From Okamejei kenojei (Eukaryota), in the NCBI GenBank assembly GCA_035221665.1, contig CM069163.1, forward strand, positions 22,382,001 through 22,446,000: 64,000 nucleotides of DNA. The letters are read 5' to 3'. Within the stretch, counting starts at the first letter, position 1; every line of letters starts with the position of its first letter. This document shows, piece after piece, positions 34,036-47,650 of this stretch. The translations under genes and the position numbers were made by a program. Under the pieces are notes generated by a model. It was not told the DNA's origin and did not search any database. It worked only from the letters and a program-made list of their open reading frames with translations.

Positions 34036-36351
34036 AACTTTTGCCAACCCACCAGAGCTATTTCTAAGCCTCAAGCTCAGCCTTTGTCTATTTGTGGTGT
34101 CTTCAGTTTAGGTTGCGATTGCAGCCCTCACTTGCTGCCATATTTTAAAAAAGGTTGAAATGTGGCATTATAATAATGAAGTCATTCAGCCGTTGGCACA
34201 ATCCCATCTCCCTGCAGCACAACCCTTTCGAGTCCCATTCATCCATATAGTTCACCGTATCAGCTTGTTGTCTCTCAAGTACCCCTAAATTCCACCTTGA
34301 TTCCTGTGCCACTTTTAACTTAGTCGATTAACCAACCAGCATGTCTTTGGGATATGGGACAAAACGGGAAAATCTTGCTTTCGGGAAGAAATGTCACTCA
34401 GACACCATCCAAGGTCAGGATTATCTCCATGTCACTGTATCATTCAGAATTGCTAGTGTTTAGCTGCTGAGATTTTGCTCAATTGTCCAGATCTTTGATA
34501 AGTTGAAAAAAAATTATAGATACCCTTCAAAAATAAATGAAAGTTGTCGTATTTCTTCAGCCCACCAAGTTCCAGAGTATGCTGTCACACTTTCCCCTTT
34601 GCATCTCCTCTATTTCACTTGCCTCCTCCTCCTTTGCACAGTGTCACAGATGCAAACAGTTGTCTGCTGTCAGTATTTGTTGAGAATGTTGGAGAATCAG
34701 AGTAAGGAAAGGTAAGGAAATTACATATTGCATCTGTATTGTCATTTAGAAGAGTTTAGAAGAGTTTTGTGATTACATACAGGAAATATAACATCAAGTT
34801 TATCCACAGGATGTACCGATGGCTTGTGGTGTTTTAATACACAACCTCTGTAAATCCCTCGTATTTGTGAAAGTGTAATTGAAAAATAGCCTAACAAGAG
34901 CTGAATACATGCCATGGGAATTGGAGCAGCATTGGTGTTAAATTCAGAATTTCTTGATGTTTATGATTTTCCCCCTCCTATCGGAGACAGTTTTTCTTTT
35001 TCTTCCTACCATTCTCTTCCCCAAGTACCTCTGCTTTCTTCCTAATGCACATCCGCCCCCTCCAACCTACCTCAATTTTGACGAAAAAGCAGTGGAGTTG
35101 TCCTCCATTACCCAATAAATTCTTATCCTTGCCAAAAGCACTGTCACCAAAAGTATAAGAAAATGACCAGAGAATCAGTGTGCAAATGGACGACTGCTTT
35201 TCATAATTATACATTGTTGGTTGTGAAACATTTTGAGCAATACTCAGAAACATGTCAGCAGGACACTGTTAAAATGTGGCGTTTATTTATTTCCTTGTAT
35301 ATGGAGAATAGAACTGGTTGACCTTTAGTCCAAATAAATTTGCACTGCTGGTGACATAATTTGGAGAAAATAACCAGTGATCACCCCCTGAATAAGTGGT
35401 GTTGACAGCACTAAATATTACCTGTCATTGATCCCTAGTGCTGTACAAAAAAACCCATTATGGACGTTAAAAAACTGATAATATATATAGAATTTCATAT
35501 CATTATAAAGATAAGTTATTAATTTGATGGTTATGATATTATATTTTCCCTGTGTATCCAAGCATGGTGCCTTGGTACAATTTTATTTTTAATTGTATGT
35601 TTTCTGCGCTTTTTTTCGTGTTGTACTGTAGTGCCAACATGGCAGTTATGTTTTACTCAATATATTGGACTGTGCAATGCCATCTTTTAGAGCACATCTG
35701 TAATTGTTTTTAGAAAGGTGATGATAAGCCAGCTTCCTGAATTTGTCTAGTTTTCCCAACGGAAATTCCATACTCTGGGCATTCTGTTGAAGCTGGACCC
35801 CAGAGTACAGTAAACAATTTTACTGGAGACACCTAAGCATTATACAGTGTGCATAATAAAGCTGAGGTGGATTCGCAGATAGAGCTGGCAGAGACAGATT
35901 GATAGGACTTTTCAGCCTCAAATAGGGGAGAGCTCAGCTGATTGACTCCAAGTGTAAAAGAGCACGAAGCAATAGGTTTTCTGCTCTCAATTCATATTAG
36001 GAAGGAATGACCAATATATTTTATTTTACCAAAGAGAAGGATTGACGGTTTTAATTTAAAGTGCAAGATGCCTTTTAAAAAAATTTAATAACTTTGGATT
36101 TCTAAAATTGAATTCTTCGTCTAGATCTCGTAATTGCTGCTCTCGTAATTCAATAATTGTGATTGGAAATACTTAAATACTGCAAACACAGCTGCGGAAT
36201 TAATGGTGATATGTCAGTGAATGTTAAACTTGGCTTACACATTTTTGTTTATAACTCAGTGCTTCAGTGGCATCCCATACAATTACCAGTAGATTCATTT
36301 AAAAAAAATTAATGACATTCCTTTTACGCAGCATGTTTTATTTTATATGTG

Positions 36352-36707
36352 TAAGAAAGAACTGCAGATGCTGGTTTAAATCGAAGGTAGACACAAAATA
36401 CTGGGGTAACTCAGCAGGACGGGCAGCATCTCTGGAGAGAAGGAATGGGTGAAGTTTCGGGTCAAGACCCTTCAGACTGATGTCAGGGGAGTGGGCGGGA
36501 CAAAGATAGAATGTAGTCGGAGACAGTAAGACTGGTGGGAGAACTGGAAAGAAGGAAGGGATGGAGAGAGAGGGAAAGCACGGGCTATTTGAAGTTAGCA
36601 TTTTAAGTCAATGTTCATACAGCTGGGGTGTAACCTTTCCCTCTCGCTCCATCCCCTTCCCAGTTCTCCCACCAGTCTTACTGCCTGCAACTACATTCTA
36701 TCTTTGT
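36352..36707 (-). mobile_element. Penelope 3' fragment with internal inversion
   Basis: Terminal repeat 36352-36480 and GIY-YIG end at about 36590-36633; about 36635-36707 is an inverted copy of about 36500-36577. Confidence 0.8.
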
Positions 36708-38696
36708 TTTATTTTATCATTGACCATAAGATTGCATATGCAGCCGATCCACTTTTCTGAGGTGTACCATCTTGCTGTGCTCACCACGAATTAGGCTTCA
36801 TTAAACGCTGGCCGTGCTTGCTGTTGGAATCAGATTAGGACCAACTTGAAATGCACAAGTATGGAGTAAAACAGTTGGAAACAATCCATTGTGATAAATT
36901 CAAGGTTGTCATATAACTGGCACACTCAAGGATTGTGCTGAACGATTTGTTCAATTCTGTAAACAACAGTTATTTTGTTACTGAGTCAATAATCTAACTG
37001 AGCTCATTCCAACTTTGGTAGTGGCGTGTTTGCCTGAATAATTGTTTGATGAACAATAATGTAATATAAATTCATTCGGTGAGGTTAAAACTGCCTGGTT
37101 TTCCATAACGTAGATATACTTTTAGTACTCTTGGTAACAATTTAGCCCAACATGTTCATGCCAGGCACAAAAAAAAAGTTTGGAATAATATCAATTCACA
37201 ACTCTTTTGGTCTTTCAGCTCATTCCTTGTGTGTGCCAGTTTTGTGATGACCTTGAATATATTACAATTAATTATTTAGAACTTTCCACACTGGTTGGTT
37301 ATGGCACATTAAGTGCGCCTCCCTGCACTTTTTAAATGCAATGAACCTTGGGGTTAATGATCTCTTGCTTGTAGATCTGAGGTGACTGATGTCAGTATGA
37401 GATCCACACACTGAACCAGAGGTGAGGACAGGGGATCTCAGTGGAGCAAGTGAGTGGAAAGTGTGGTAGGTAGTGTGTTTCTTCCACCAATGGTGCTGGG
37501 CCTTTCTGTGCATCTGATGAAGCAACTTAATGTTTTCAGTACTATCCGTACACCCTCTTTCATTTTGTGTTGTCTTGTGCCAGGAATCCACACAAGTCAG
37601 TGGGGATGTTTCAGATTTTCAAGGATAAAAATGATTTGGAGATTCTAGACCAAAAATCAAAGGGATGGAGGAACTGGGTGGGTTAGCAGCATGTATGGGA
37701 GGACTAGACAATGACATTTTGGGTCGGGAACCTTCTTCAGACTGTGCTCCTAGAAACCAGTCCTTATCACGATTTTCCATAACATGAAGCTACATTATCG
37801 GTACAAGTGTCAAGAAATATGAATTAAAGAAAATTGTTTTGTACTGATACGTGTTGTTACTAACCCAAGGTTCCCACTGTGTACTACTGGCTTAAACCCT
37901 TCCTCATGAGACTAGCAAACTTTCTGTACAAATGTATTGGTCCCAGCACTGTTGAACTGTGAAACATGCAGGCCCCACCTCCCAAGGACTGGTCTTGGTG
38001 GATTGAGAATCCGAGGCCCTCTCCATAGGTTCTCATTCATTAGCACCAATCTCCATTTTATCCATATTGGTACATGGTAGTGGTAGATTTTAAGTTCTGC
38101 TTTTTCATCAATTTCTTGCTCATTGTAAAGAAGGATTTGATTCTCTTTCTGCCTCTTTGTACCATTATGCAGCACAATCTCTGGGTTCATCCTCTCACTT
38201 CAGCCTATTCTCCGTTTTTGATCCTGGTGCCAAGAAGGCAACCTGCCATGTCTGTGTTGCTGCAAAAAATGCCCATTTCCGCCACCTGCCCCCTCCCCGC
38301 CTCTCCCTTTTTTCTCTTCCCTGTGCAACTGTGCTCAGTATTTTAATTTGATTTGGGATTACTCATTTGAGGAACTCTTATCCTTGCCAGCGCTGAGAAT
38401 AAATGCTGAGAGTAAGATGCATTTGAGGATACTTCTAAGCTACCTGCCTACCAATTTTTATGTTTTTGATCGTCGTCCATTTCTTCTCAACTCGAATGAT
38501 CTAAGGTTACACGGTTCTTGACTCCTGAATGATGATAGCAGTGTAGCTCTTACAAGCATCGTGTGTCCAACATATTCTACTTTGACCAAGTTTCCTGCCC
38601 AAACAAGTAACTCTAATTTAGTCTTGTGTCCACTGAGTTAGAGGATTGTTCTACGCAGTTTGAATATCTGGGCCAAAGTAAACATTTTGGCTCCAT

Positions 38697-38924
38697 TGTG
38701 GCGCCATCTGGTGGTCGGGCCACTGGATAATCGAACCCTCGTTCATCATGTGGTAAGAGGCACGTGACTGTGGGGCGGGGGTTAAAAACGAAGTCGAGGA
38801 TGACTGCTGCAGCGACATTAAGTTACTCTGGGCTCAGCAACACTGCTAGTGTTTTGGAATTCTTTTTTGTTTAATAAAGCTTGTCCTTGAGTTCACAACG
38901 TTTGACTCACTTTATTGCGCTTTA
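38697..38924 (+). mobile_element. Probable solo LTR (Gypsy-type)
   Basis: 4-bp TSD ccat (38693-38696, 38925-38928); termini TGTGGCGC...GCGCTTTA (degenerate TG..CA); internal ttaaaaa TATA-like box and aataaa. Confidence 0.6.
38700..38714 (-). promoter_or_regulatory. CTCF-binding motif
   Basis: Minus strand CCACCAGATGGCGCC fits the CCASYAGRKGGCRS core consensus. Confidence 0.6.
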
Positions 38925-39297
38925 CCATCATGTTTATAGAGCTTAACTGATGCAAGTTTTGACTTTGTAAAGCTGTATCTGTTTGCTAATTCTGTAAATT
39001 TATTTGGCCACAGAGTGAGTGTTTGAATTTTATATTGAGCAGCTCTTGGGTAATATTTTTGCATGAGGCATGGACAGTATGGGCACGAGTGTTGCCTCCT
39101 CCAACATTGTTTTTCTTTCTTAAGAGTTGTCCTACAATAAAGAATGTGACCCAAGGCAGATTGTTGTATAGAATACTTCACATAACTGCCTGCCTGACTG
39201 GCACATATTATACTTCAATTCGGTGTAAAAAAAGTGCTGCTCTGAAAATGAAACGTTCTACATATTCTTGAAAAGATATGATAGGGATTGATGGGAG

Positions 39298-39539
39298 TTG
39301 TTGCTCAAAAAGGCAGCCAACATCATCGGAGACCGACACCATCCTGGCCACACACTCATCTCACTACTGCCATTAGGAAGAAGGTACAGGATCCTGAAAA
39401 CTGTAACGTCCAGGTTCAGGAACAGTTTCTTCCCTACAGCCATCAGGCTACTAAACACTACAACCCCGTTTAGGCTCTGAACAACAATAGACTATTATTA
39501 TTGCACTATTTTTGTTTGTTGAGTATTTGTGTATGTGTA
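39298..39539 (+). mobile_element. Rex1/Babar LINE 3' end, left part (resumes at 41401-41570)
   Basis: LKKAANIIGDRHHPGHTLISLLPLGRRYRILKTVTSRFRNSFFPTAIRLLN. Confidence 0.85.
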
Positions 39540-41400
39540 TCTACCTATCTATCAATCTATCTATTTGTATACTATAAAAAGTCTCGACTTGTTTGTCTGT
39601 CTGATCTCAGGAGTTACGCCAAAACGGTACATGGTAGCGCAAACATTTTTGCAGAATCAGCTTTTTCCCGTGGTCGTTTGTGTCGTTTCGTCGCATTTGA
39701 TGTTATATTTCACGTTATTGATATTTCAAGGTTTAAAAAAGCCAACTTTAACCAGATTTTTACTTAATCCTTTTTTTGCACATTTGATGTTATATTTCAC
39801 AAGTTATTGATATTTAAAGTTTTAAAAAAAACTAACTTTGAGAATAGAAACTGACTGACTAGCAGCTTCCAGTGATGATGTCACAATGGCATCTCGCATT
39901 CCTCCAATCACAATGGGATCTCATTTACACAAACTTCCGTTAACATTCCGACAATCGAAAATGACATCACAATGGGATCTCAGCCACATGCTGCCGTGAA
40001 CATTCCGACAACTGAAAATGACATAACTATGTGATCTCTGCTGCCAATACACAAGCTATGAGAGTTGATGGAGTGGGGGATGGGAGGAGGAGAAATGTTA
40101 TTTAAACATTGTCTTTAGTGGGCGAGTGTGAAAGGGGAGAGATGAGGGAGGGAGTGATTAAGGGTTGGGAAAAGGAGATGGAGGGAGAGGTGACAGACAA
40201 TGGGATCAGTTTCAAGGGGAATAAGGAGAGAGTGAGATTGAGCTGCGCAGTTGGGGGCAATGGGCGAGTGGTGGAATATTGTTTTGGTCCAAGGGGTTTA
40301 TTTGGGGGTACGGGTGATTGGCTCCAGGGGGCGCCTGTCTCCAGGATGAGCACCGATGCCGCATTTGGGGACCGGCCCTCCCCCCCCCCCCCCCCCACGT
40401 CGGCTTTTTCCCATTGTTGATCTAATCAAGTTTCCTTCCGAATTGTTATATTTCACAAGTTATTGATATTTAATGGTTTAAAAAAGCCAACTAAGAATAA
40501 TAACTGACTGTGAGAGGGAGATGTTTCTGGCAGCTTCCAGTGATGATGTCACAATGACGCCTCACAGTCCTCCAATCACAATGGGATCTCATTTACGCAA
40601 GCTGCCCTGAACATTCCGACAGCTGAAAATGACATCACAATGTGATCTCAGCTGCCAATACACAAGCTATGAGAGTGTTTTTACGTCGTAGGGATATAGT
40701 GGGGGAATTTTAAAAGTTTTAAAGTGACTTTTAAAAGTCGGATTTCTGCAAAGCTGTACTGGCAATTATGATGTCGCAATGCCTTACCGACTACAATGTT
40801 GCTATCCCAGAACACTGAGGCCTTCACAGCAAATGTCCTTCAGGGAAAGAATCTGCCAGCCTAACCGAGCACAGCAAATTTTAATGATTTGTTTTAGACA
40901 ACAAAAGATTACCTTGTCGGTGGCACTTACATCACATCTTAGTGCAATTGCCTTTTTTTAAGTTTAAAATGAGGGAGGGTGAAAAAAATGAGCCGACCTG
41001 CACAGTTGTGGGCTATGGGTGAGTGGTGGAATATTACATTGGGGGAATGAGATGTGTTGGGGCAATGGGTGAGTGATGGAATTTTTCGTTGCGGAACGGG
41101 TTGCGTTGGGGGACCAGGCCTCCTGTAGGGGTTAGGGGTGAGTGGTCGAATGTTGCGTTGGGGGAACCAGGCCTCCCGTGTGACATGGACCCAAAGGGTG
41201 AGTTGTGGAATCTTATGTTGGGGGTTGCATTGGGGGACCAGGTCTCCTGTGGGGGCTACGGGTGAGTGGTGGAATATCGAGTTGGAAAACGGGTTACGTT
41301 GGAACGGATGAGTGGTGTAAACAAGATGTATTGGGAGAGCTGGTGAGTGATGGATTATTGCGTTGGGGGAACGGGGCCCAACGGGTCCCACTTGGTCTAG
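39540..41400 (+). mobile_element. Non-autonomous Helitron
   Basis: 5' A|TC start (exact TC ambiguous, 39540-39560), subterminal hairpin ggggcccaacgggtccc, 3' CTAG|T at 41397-41401, no TSD, internal direct repeats. Confidence 0.8.
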
Positions 41401-41570
41401 TACATATAAATATATGTGAGTGTGTGTATGTATACACACTGAACTTTTTTTCTCTCTCTCATTTATCATTATTTACAGTGTACTATGTTTACATATTCTG
41501 TTGTGCTACAGCAAGTAAGAATTCCATTGTTCTTTGTGGGACATATGACAATAAAACACTTGATTCTTGA
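41401..41570 (+). mobile_element. Rex1/Babar LINE 3' UTR, right part
   Basis: Matches 26040-26160; ends tatgacaataaaacacttgattcttga. Confidence 0.75.
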
Positions 41571-42779
41571 CCTTTTCAATCGAGTAAAAAGAAAATTCTT
41601 GCTGAGATTAGAAATGTTTTATTAGGTTTTGAAGAGCCAAATTTTATTGATTTTAAAACTAAAAATATGTACCATTTTGGCTCTGTAACACTCTTGTTGC
41701 AGAATCATAGTGTTGGGACTTAAAGGCAAGTAGGATTTGAGAATATAATGTAGAATGACGCTTTGGTGCACCACTGAGGAGAGACACATTATGGGACGCA
41801 TAATGAGGTGTTTAAGTGAGGTGTTGCGTCAATGCAATAGTTGACTGTTTCGGTGGCTGCTAAGGAACTTGTGGCATTTTAGTAAAATAAAAATGAATAA
41901 AATAGTTGGCTGTCAGTTGGCTGCTCTGTCAGATAACTTGGATGTTAGTTTATTGTATGCTGTGGTTGCAAGATAGTCAATTTTAAGGCACCTGTCTTTC
42001 CAAACAACTTTTGACAACAAATATCCTTTTGCCTCAGTGAAATATAAATATTCACATCCGCAACCCACATGAGAAACCTCCAATCTCAATTATGGACTAG
42101 TGCATTATTTATGAATAATATTGCAGCATTATCAGCGTAGCTGGTTACGGGAATGCTTCTTGCTTTAATGCCATTGGGACCCTGTAATTTGCTAAAAAGC
42201 AAAGGATGTTCGTGTTACTCATGCTCCCCTGAACAAATTTGTAGTTTTTAAATATTTACGATGCTAGTGAGTCAGTGCCTGAAATATAAATCCAACTCTA
42301 TAAAAATTTGCTTTATGTATGTGGATGTAATCTTCTTGAACTATTCTCTACTTAAGTAATTCCCAATGTAACAATTATCCCTTTAGTTGGAAATTAAATC
42401 CTATGTCATGTGAAATGTTAAATTGTGTTCCGTGACACGATCTACATTGAATTCAAAATATAATGCATACTATGCAACAAGTACCTAAGCAGTGCCTTGA
42501 GAATGAAATATTTAAAGAAGAATTTTATTGCACTTTCACATTTATACAGATAATTCAGACTTGAAAGTATGGAGAACATGCCACAGAGATGTTAAAAATT
42601 CAATTGGATTGTTTTTAGGTGCTTTTCAAATCTGAGAAGGGAGATGAGGAAATTTAGAAAATAAATTATTTTCTTTATGGTCTTGGAATTTGATGGTGCA
42701 ATCACCAATGGAGGGGAAATTAAATGCACAGATAAGCCTGAATTACAGGAGCCTGGAATCTGAGGTCATCAAACTGGAA

Positions 42780-43210
42780 ACTATTGAGGCCATCCAGTGA
42801 AGATGAGGATGACTGATATACCAACATTAAGTGTCAGGAGGCTGTTGAGGTTGGAAATAGTCATTGTGGTGAAGATGTACAGTTTGTACAGAGTTCATCT
42901 TGGGGCCGACGTGATATCAAGGTTGCAAATAGCTTGGTTCAATTTTGAGTGGTTGCAAGGAAAAGGTGTGGTTTTGGAAGTTTGATGTCTGCCATAGGTT
43001 TCTGAGATTGTGCTCTCGGTCTTCCTCATGTTTTGAACGTGGAAATTGCTGCTCATTTTGTTCATGTTGTTGGACAAGCCATCTAATAATTTGCTGTGTG
43101 TAGAGGTGAAAAGAGGTGGCAGTGAAGTTGAGCAGCTCAGTGTCCATGTACATATCAATGCAGTGGTTTCTGCTAGGAAGAAGCTCTGTTCTCAGCTAAG
43201 TGACAGCCTC
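42780..43210 (-). mobile_element. Degraded L2 LINE RT fragment
   Basis: SKLLDGLSNNMNKMSSNFHVQNMRKTE and KLNQAICNLDI resemble L2 L..CL..I..WM..NFL.LN..KTE and V.NLGV motifs. Confidence 0.6.
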
Positions 43211-43959
43211 ATGTATCACAAAAAAGCTTAAGGCATTTGTATCATGGATATTTTGGCTCAATGTTTTCAGTGTGCTTAAAAGGAACATAACAGAACATAA
43301 CAGAACGTACTGTTGTAAAACAAGAGTCGACATACTTTCTGGAATCCAGTCAATTGTTACTGAAAGTTATTAAATTATATAAACTTTTATTTTAGAGGAT
43401 AAACCTGGCTGATTGGGCATTGGGTTAGGCTGACCTTGCTTTAGGATCTTGCATTCATGTTATTTTCCATTGTAGCAATACCCAGATTAACCAATATGAG
43501 AACTGTGTGTGAAATATGAATGGTAGAAATATAATTTTGCACCCACCCTGTGTGGTTAGATTTTTGTATTTAGAACAATCTAACCTGTTTGTTTTTGTTT
43601 CTGGGAAGACCTTGAGAGAGAGGGAGAGGGAGAAAGAGATTTATTAAAAGGATTTAACAAGCAATTCCTAATGCTTAAATCATCCTGCATAAATTTATTG
43701 CTGTCAAAGGCGAAAAAGATTGGAAATATTCAACTGCTCAGTCACATATGAAGAAAGGTCATCATGTGGCAATATTAACTGTTTCTCTCTATATACATAC
43801 TGCCCAACCTGATGTGCATTTAAAGACATTTGAGTTCTTATTTACCCTTGATACATATTTGCCATTCAGTCTCTCAAATCTCTATTCCCATTCTATTCAA
43901 TTGGGAATTATTTGTATCTCCGTTCTATTTTCCTGTCTTGGCTCCAAATCTATAATTTT

Positions 43960-44085
43960 CAATTAACCCACTATCCTGGGCCTCTTCCGTTAGCAGAGGG
44001 AGGCTACATGCAAACGGGAAGAACAGCGCCTCATATTCCACTTGGGTAGCTTACAATTCATCAGTATGAACATTGAATTCTACAG
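43960..44085 (+). mobile_element. Penelope GIY-YIG C-terminal fragment
   Basis: EEQRLIFHLGSLQFISMNIEF. Confidence 0.7.
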
Positions 44086-45245
44086 TTAGTTGGTGTGCCG
44101 ATGTGGTTAACAGTCATAAAATACCATGTTGGCCAATTGGATTTATGGCCACGCTGCTGTAAACAAAAATCCACCTCTGTAGCGGATGTTGCCATCAAAC
44201 TTAATTTAATCTGCCAAAAGTAGTTTGAGGGCACTGGATTAATTTAAGAAAAGGCTTGAATGTTATCTCTGCTTCTGATATTGGGAAAATTCGCTTATTT
44301 TGGGTCAGTGAAATGTTTTTATTAGCTGATTTGTAGTTTAATGCACCTCATAACTCATTAAGGCATGAGAGGGAAGGAAGTGGGTGAATGGTTGGGAATT
44401 AGCCCTGAGCAGCAACTGTGTGAGGGCTGTTGGACAGTGGTATGGGCATAGCTCTTGTTATCCTTTCAGGCTTTACAATCATCTGTGTGATAGGGAGGAA
44501 AAGAGAGCAAATTTTGAGTTGATGCAGCATTTTGAGTTAATGAAAGTGGTGGAACTATGCAGCATGTGTTGGAAATGTTCGAAATACCATGCTCTGAAAA
44601 TGGGATTGGTACATGGAAATGCTATCAGTTATTGAAATTAGGTCAGTTAAAATTACGGAAAGCTAAGTGAACTTCTCCAATTTGTTTCTTCGCAGAAAGT
44701 TAAATGTGTGGGTCTTGATATTTGAGCCAGTTTTTTGAAGCTAGCAACGAAGAAGGAATAACAAATCATCAATGTTGTTGAAATTATCCAATGCCCAAAT
44801 TCCCTCGGTGCTGTGAAGGCCAGCAATACCCATCTGGTTTCATTTATCATGAAAGTCCATTTCTGGAAATGCATTTTTTTTTTTTTTAGATTTCACTCCC
44901 TTTTTGTGTGAGTGTAATCCGTATAATCAGGCCCTGGAGTGGGGGGTCTTGAAGAGTCTTGCTATAATACATCTGAAATTGGGATCATTCTTGGCTTTCC
45001 TTAACCATTCTTTTGATTCCCTGCTTTCCTGGGACACTGTTTCTCAATTGAACAGTTTGGTAATACTGTCTGTAAAGTGGAATAATGAAAAGATATTGAC
45101 TATTTCAGCATTTCAGCCATTCTGAAAGGTAACTGCAGTCCTGCTGCAGCAACATCCAGCCTAAATTAGCCAAGTATTGTCCTGAAACTACCTTTTGCAA
45201 CGTGTTATTTGGCCCGTATATTTCTCCTTGGATTTTAGAATCATA

Positions 45246-47650
45246 CTAGACCACATGCAGACCTGTTGGGTCTACTCCCCCAACGCACCTGTTCCCTACC
45301 CCTAGCCCCCACGGGAGACGTGGTCCTCCAACTCAAGCAGTTCATGAATGTAAGATTCCAGCACTCTCCTGCCTCCCTCAGCAGTGGGCTTTAAAAAAAA
45401 AATCCAATTGCACCTCCCCTGCGTGTTACAATAGCAATTCGCCCTCCCCCTCCTGTGAAATGAAAAGTTCAGAGTGTTCCTGTGTCGCAACATTTTATCG
45501 AAGTGTGTTGGAAGCTGGCAGGAATGATTTTAAAGGTTTTAATGAAAAATGTGAATCAGAATATGTGTGCTCCACTAATGGTGTGGGCTCCCAACGCAAT
45601 ATTCCACCACTCAGCCGTTCCCCCAATGCAACTGAACACGTTCCCGAACATAAGATTCCAGCACTCCCCCACCTCCCTCAGCAGTGGATTTAAAAAAAAA
45701 TTCCAATTGCACTTCCCCCGCCTGCCGCACCAGTTCCAACTGCAATACCAATTGGCCCTTCCCCTCCTGTTGAAAAATCCCATTGAGGTGAAAAGATCAG
45801 TTTCTGTCTTGCAACTTTGTATCGATCTTCAGTGAAGCTGATCGCTGCTAGTCGAGCCATTGTGATGTCATCAGTTGAAGCTGGTCGTTTTAAATTCAAA
45901 GTCTTTTGATGTTTTTTAAACTTTAATCAGTAATGTCAAGAAATAAAGCATAAAATGTTCAGTGAAGGTGCTCTCTGCCTAGAGGGGAAAAATGTGAATC
46001 AGACTATGTAAAAATCTTGTTAAAGTTGGCATTTTTAAAACCTTAATTGCGAATAACGTGTGAAATATAGGATGAAACCTTCAGTGAAGCTGATCACTGC
46101 TAGCCGAGCCATTGTGAAATCATCAGTTGAAGCTGGTCATTATAAATTCAAAGTATTTTGATTTTTTTAAACTTAATCAGTAATGTCGAGAATAAGTTGA
46201 GGAATAAAGTATAAAATGTTCAGTGGTGCTCTCTGCCTAGAGGGGAATAATGTCAATCAGAATATGTAAAAATGTAATCGTTACTGTATAGTGTTTGTGC
46301 GAATATGTAAAGACAACAGGCACGTGCCCTGAGTAATTACTCAGGGTAGGCACTCAGTCGGATTTTTTTTTTTAAACTGCACATGTGCAGATTGTTCTCT
46401 CCATAAAAATAAAAAATAAAAATAAAAACAGTAACAAGTCAATTTGCCCAAGGCTTCCTAGTCTCCTTTATTCTGAATTACTGAATGGGGGGGGGGAGGG
46501 GGTGAAGGGTGATGGCAGGTGGAGAGATGGTGGGTAAAACAGGAGCACACAGGGAAAAGTTGAATCAGTTGTCATCTTATTGAATGACACTTGTTCAAGG
46601 GACCAATTGGGGGAAGAGTTCCTTTCACAGTGTATGGGGAGTCTCTGCCGGGGTAAAGTTTCGGGGAGAGCAGGACTGTTGAGAATGAGGGGGTCGGGGA
46701 TAATGCCAGTAACTCACTTACCGCTGCTGCGGCGCTCCAGGCGTGGAGCCACCACATTGTAGCCAGGGATAGAAGCAGCTCGGGTAGCTGTGAGCGGTCG
46801 CCGGGACCCGACAGTCAAACTGTCCGCCACTTCAGCGCCTTCTGCCGGCCCGCTCACCTCTGGCAGTGCTCTCTGTCTGAACATCTCTCACCTGCCGCTC
46901 GCTCATGTCCGCGGCTTCCTGCAAATCCTTAAATTCCCACAGCTGAGTAACCTCAATCGCGCTGTCGGAATTTAAGGAATTGCGGGACATGAGTGAGGCC
47001 AGCGAGCGGCAGGAGAGAGGTTTTGTACGCCTCCATGCAAGGAGCGTCGCAAGTGGCATGCTCCCGACCCCTCATTCACAACATTCGTGCCCTCCCTGCA
47101 ACTTTACCCCGGGCCAGACTCCCCAAATGCTATGAAAGGAGCTCTCCCCACACCCCGGGAAGTACGGTATTTAAAAACATAAACACAAAATGTACTTGCC
47201 ACATTATCAGTACATGAGCTCCATTCTTCTCTCCCTGTTTCCTAACTTACACTTAAATATTGTCAATCCATATTTGAAAACCCCACCAAGAAACTAGCGC
47301 TGCACAAGCGCAGTAGGCTGCTGTGCCTGCACGGTGCTGCAAAGGCAGAATTTCAGCTTCCTTCAGCCCCGCTTGAAATTGACGCTTGAAGCAGCGCTGA
47401 CGGCACGTGGGCTGCACAGACCTTCAAGGGTTACAAGTGCTGCGGATGAAAGGCACGGAGAATTATGCCTACCTAAGAGATCGATCTGTTAGATAGGCAT
47501 AATTCTCCCATGCCTTTATTATTTATATTTAGTAATTACTATGTTATAATTTTAGTCAGGGTAGGCAGTGCCTATCTTGCCTACCCTGACGGCACGTGCC
47601 TGAAAGACAACCACATATACACACACACAAGATCAGAGTTTTAATAAGGA
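45246..47650 (-). mobile_element. Non-autonomous Helitron containing a nested hAT MITE
   Basis: Minus-strand 3' end: hairpin agacccaacaggtct then CTAG|T (45246-45249). 5' end A|TCCTTATTAAAACTCTG near 47650. About 190-bp internal duplication (about 45827-46015 and 46079-46270). Confidence 0.75.
46317..47602. mobile_element. hAT-type non-autonomous DNA transposon
   Basis: 12-bp TIR caggcacgtgcc / ggcacgtgcctg; perfect 8-bp TSD aaagacaa (46309-46316, 47603-47610); subterminal tcagggtaggca repeats. Confidence 0.9.

Noticed and set aside
34686-34715. ATG TTG GAG... followed by gtaagg, considered as ABL1 exon 1a
   Set aside because: Reads MLENQSKER; only MLE matches the conserved MLEICLKLVGCKSKKGL, and there is no promoter context.
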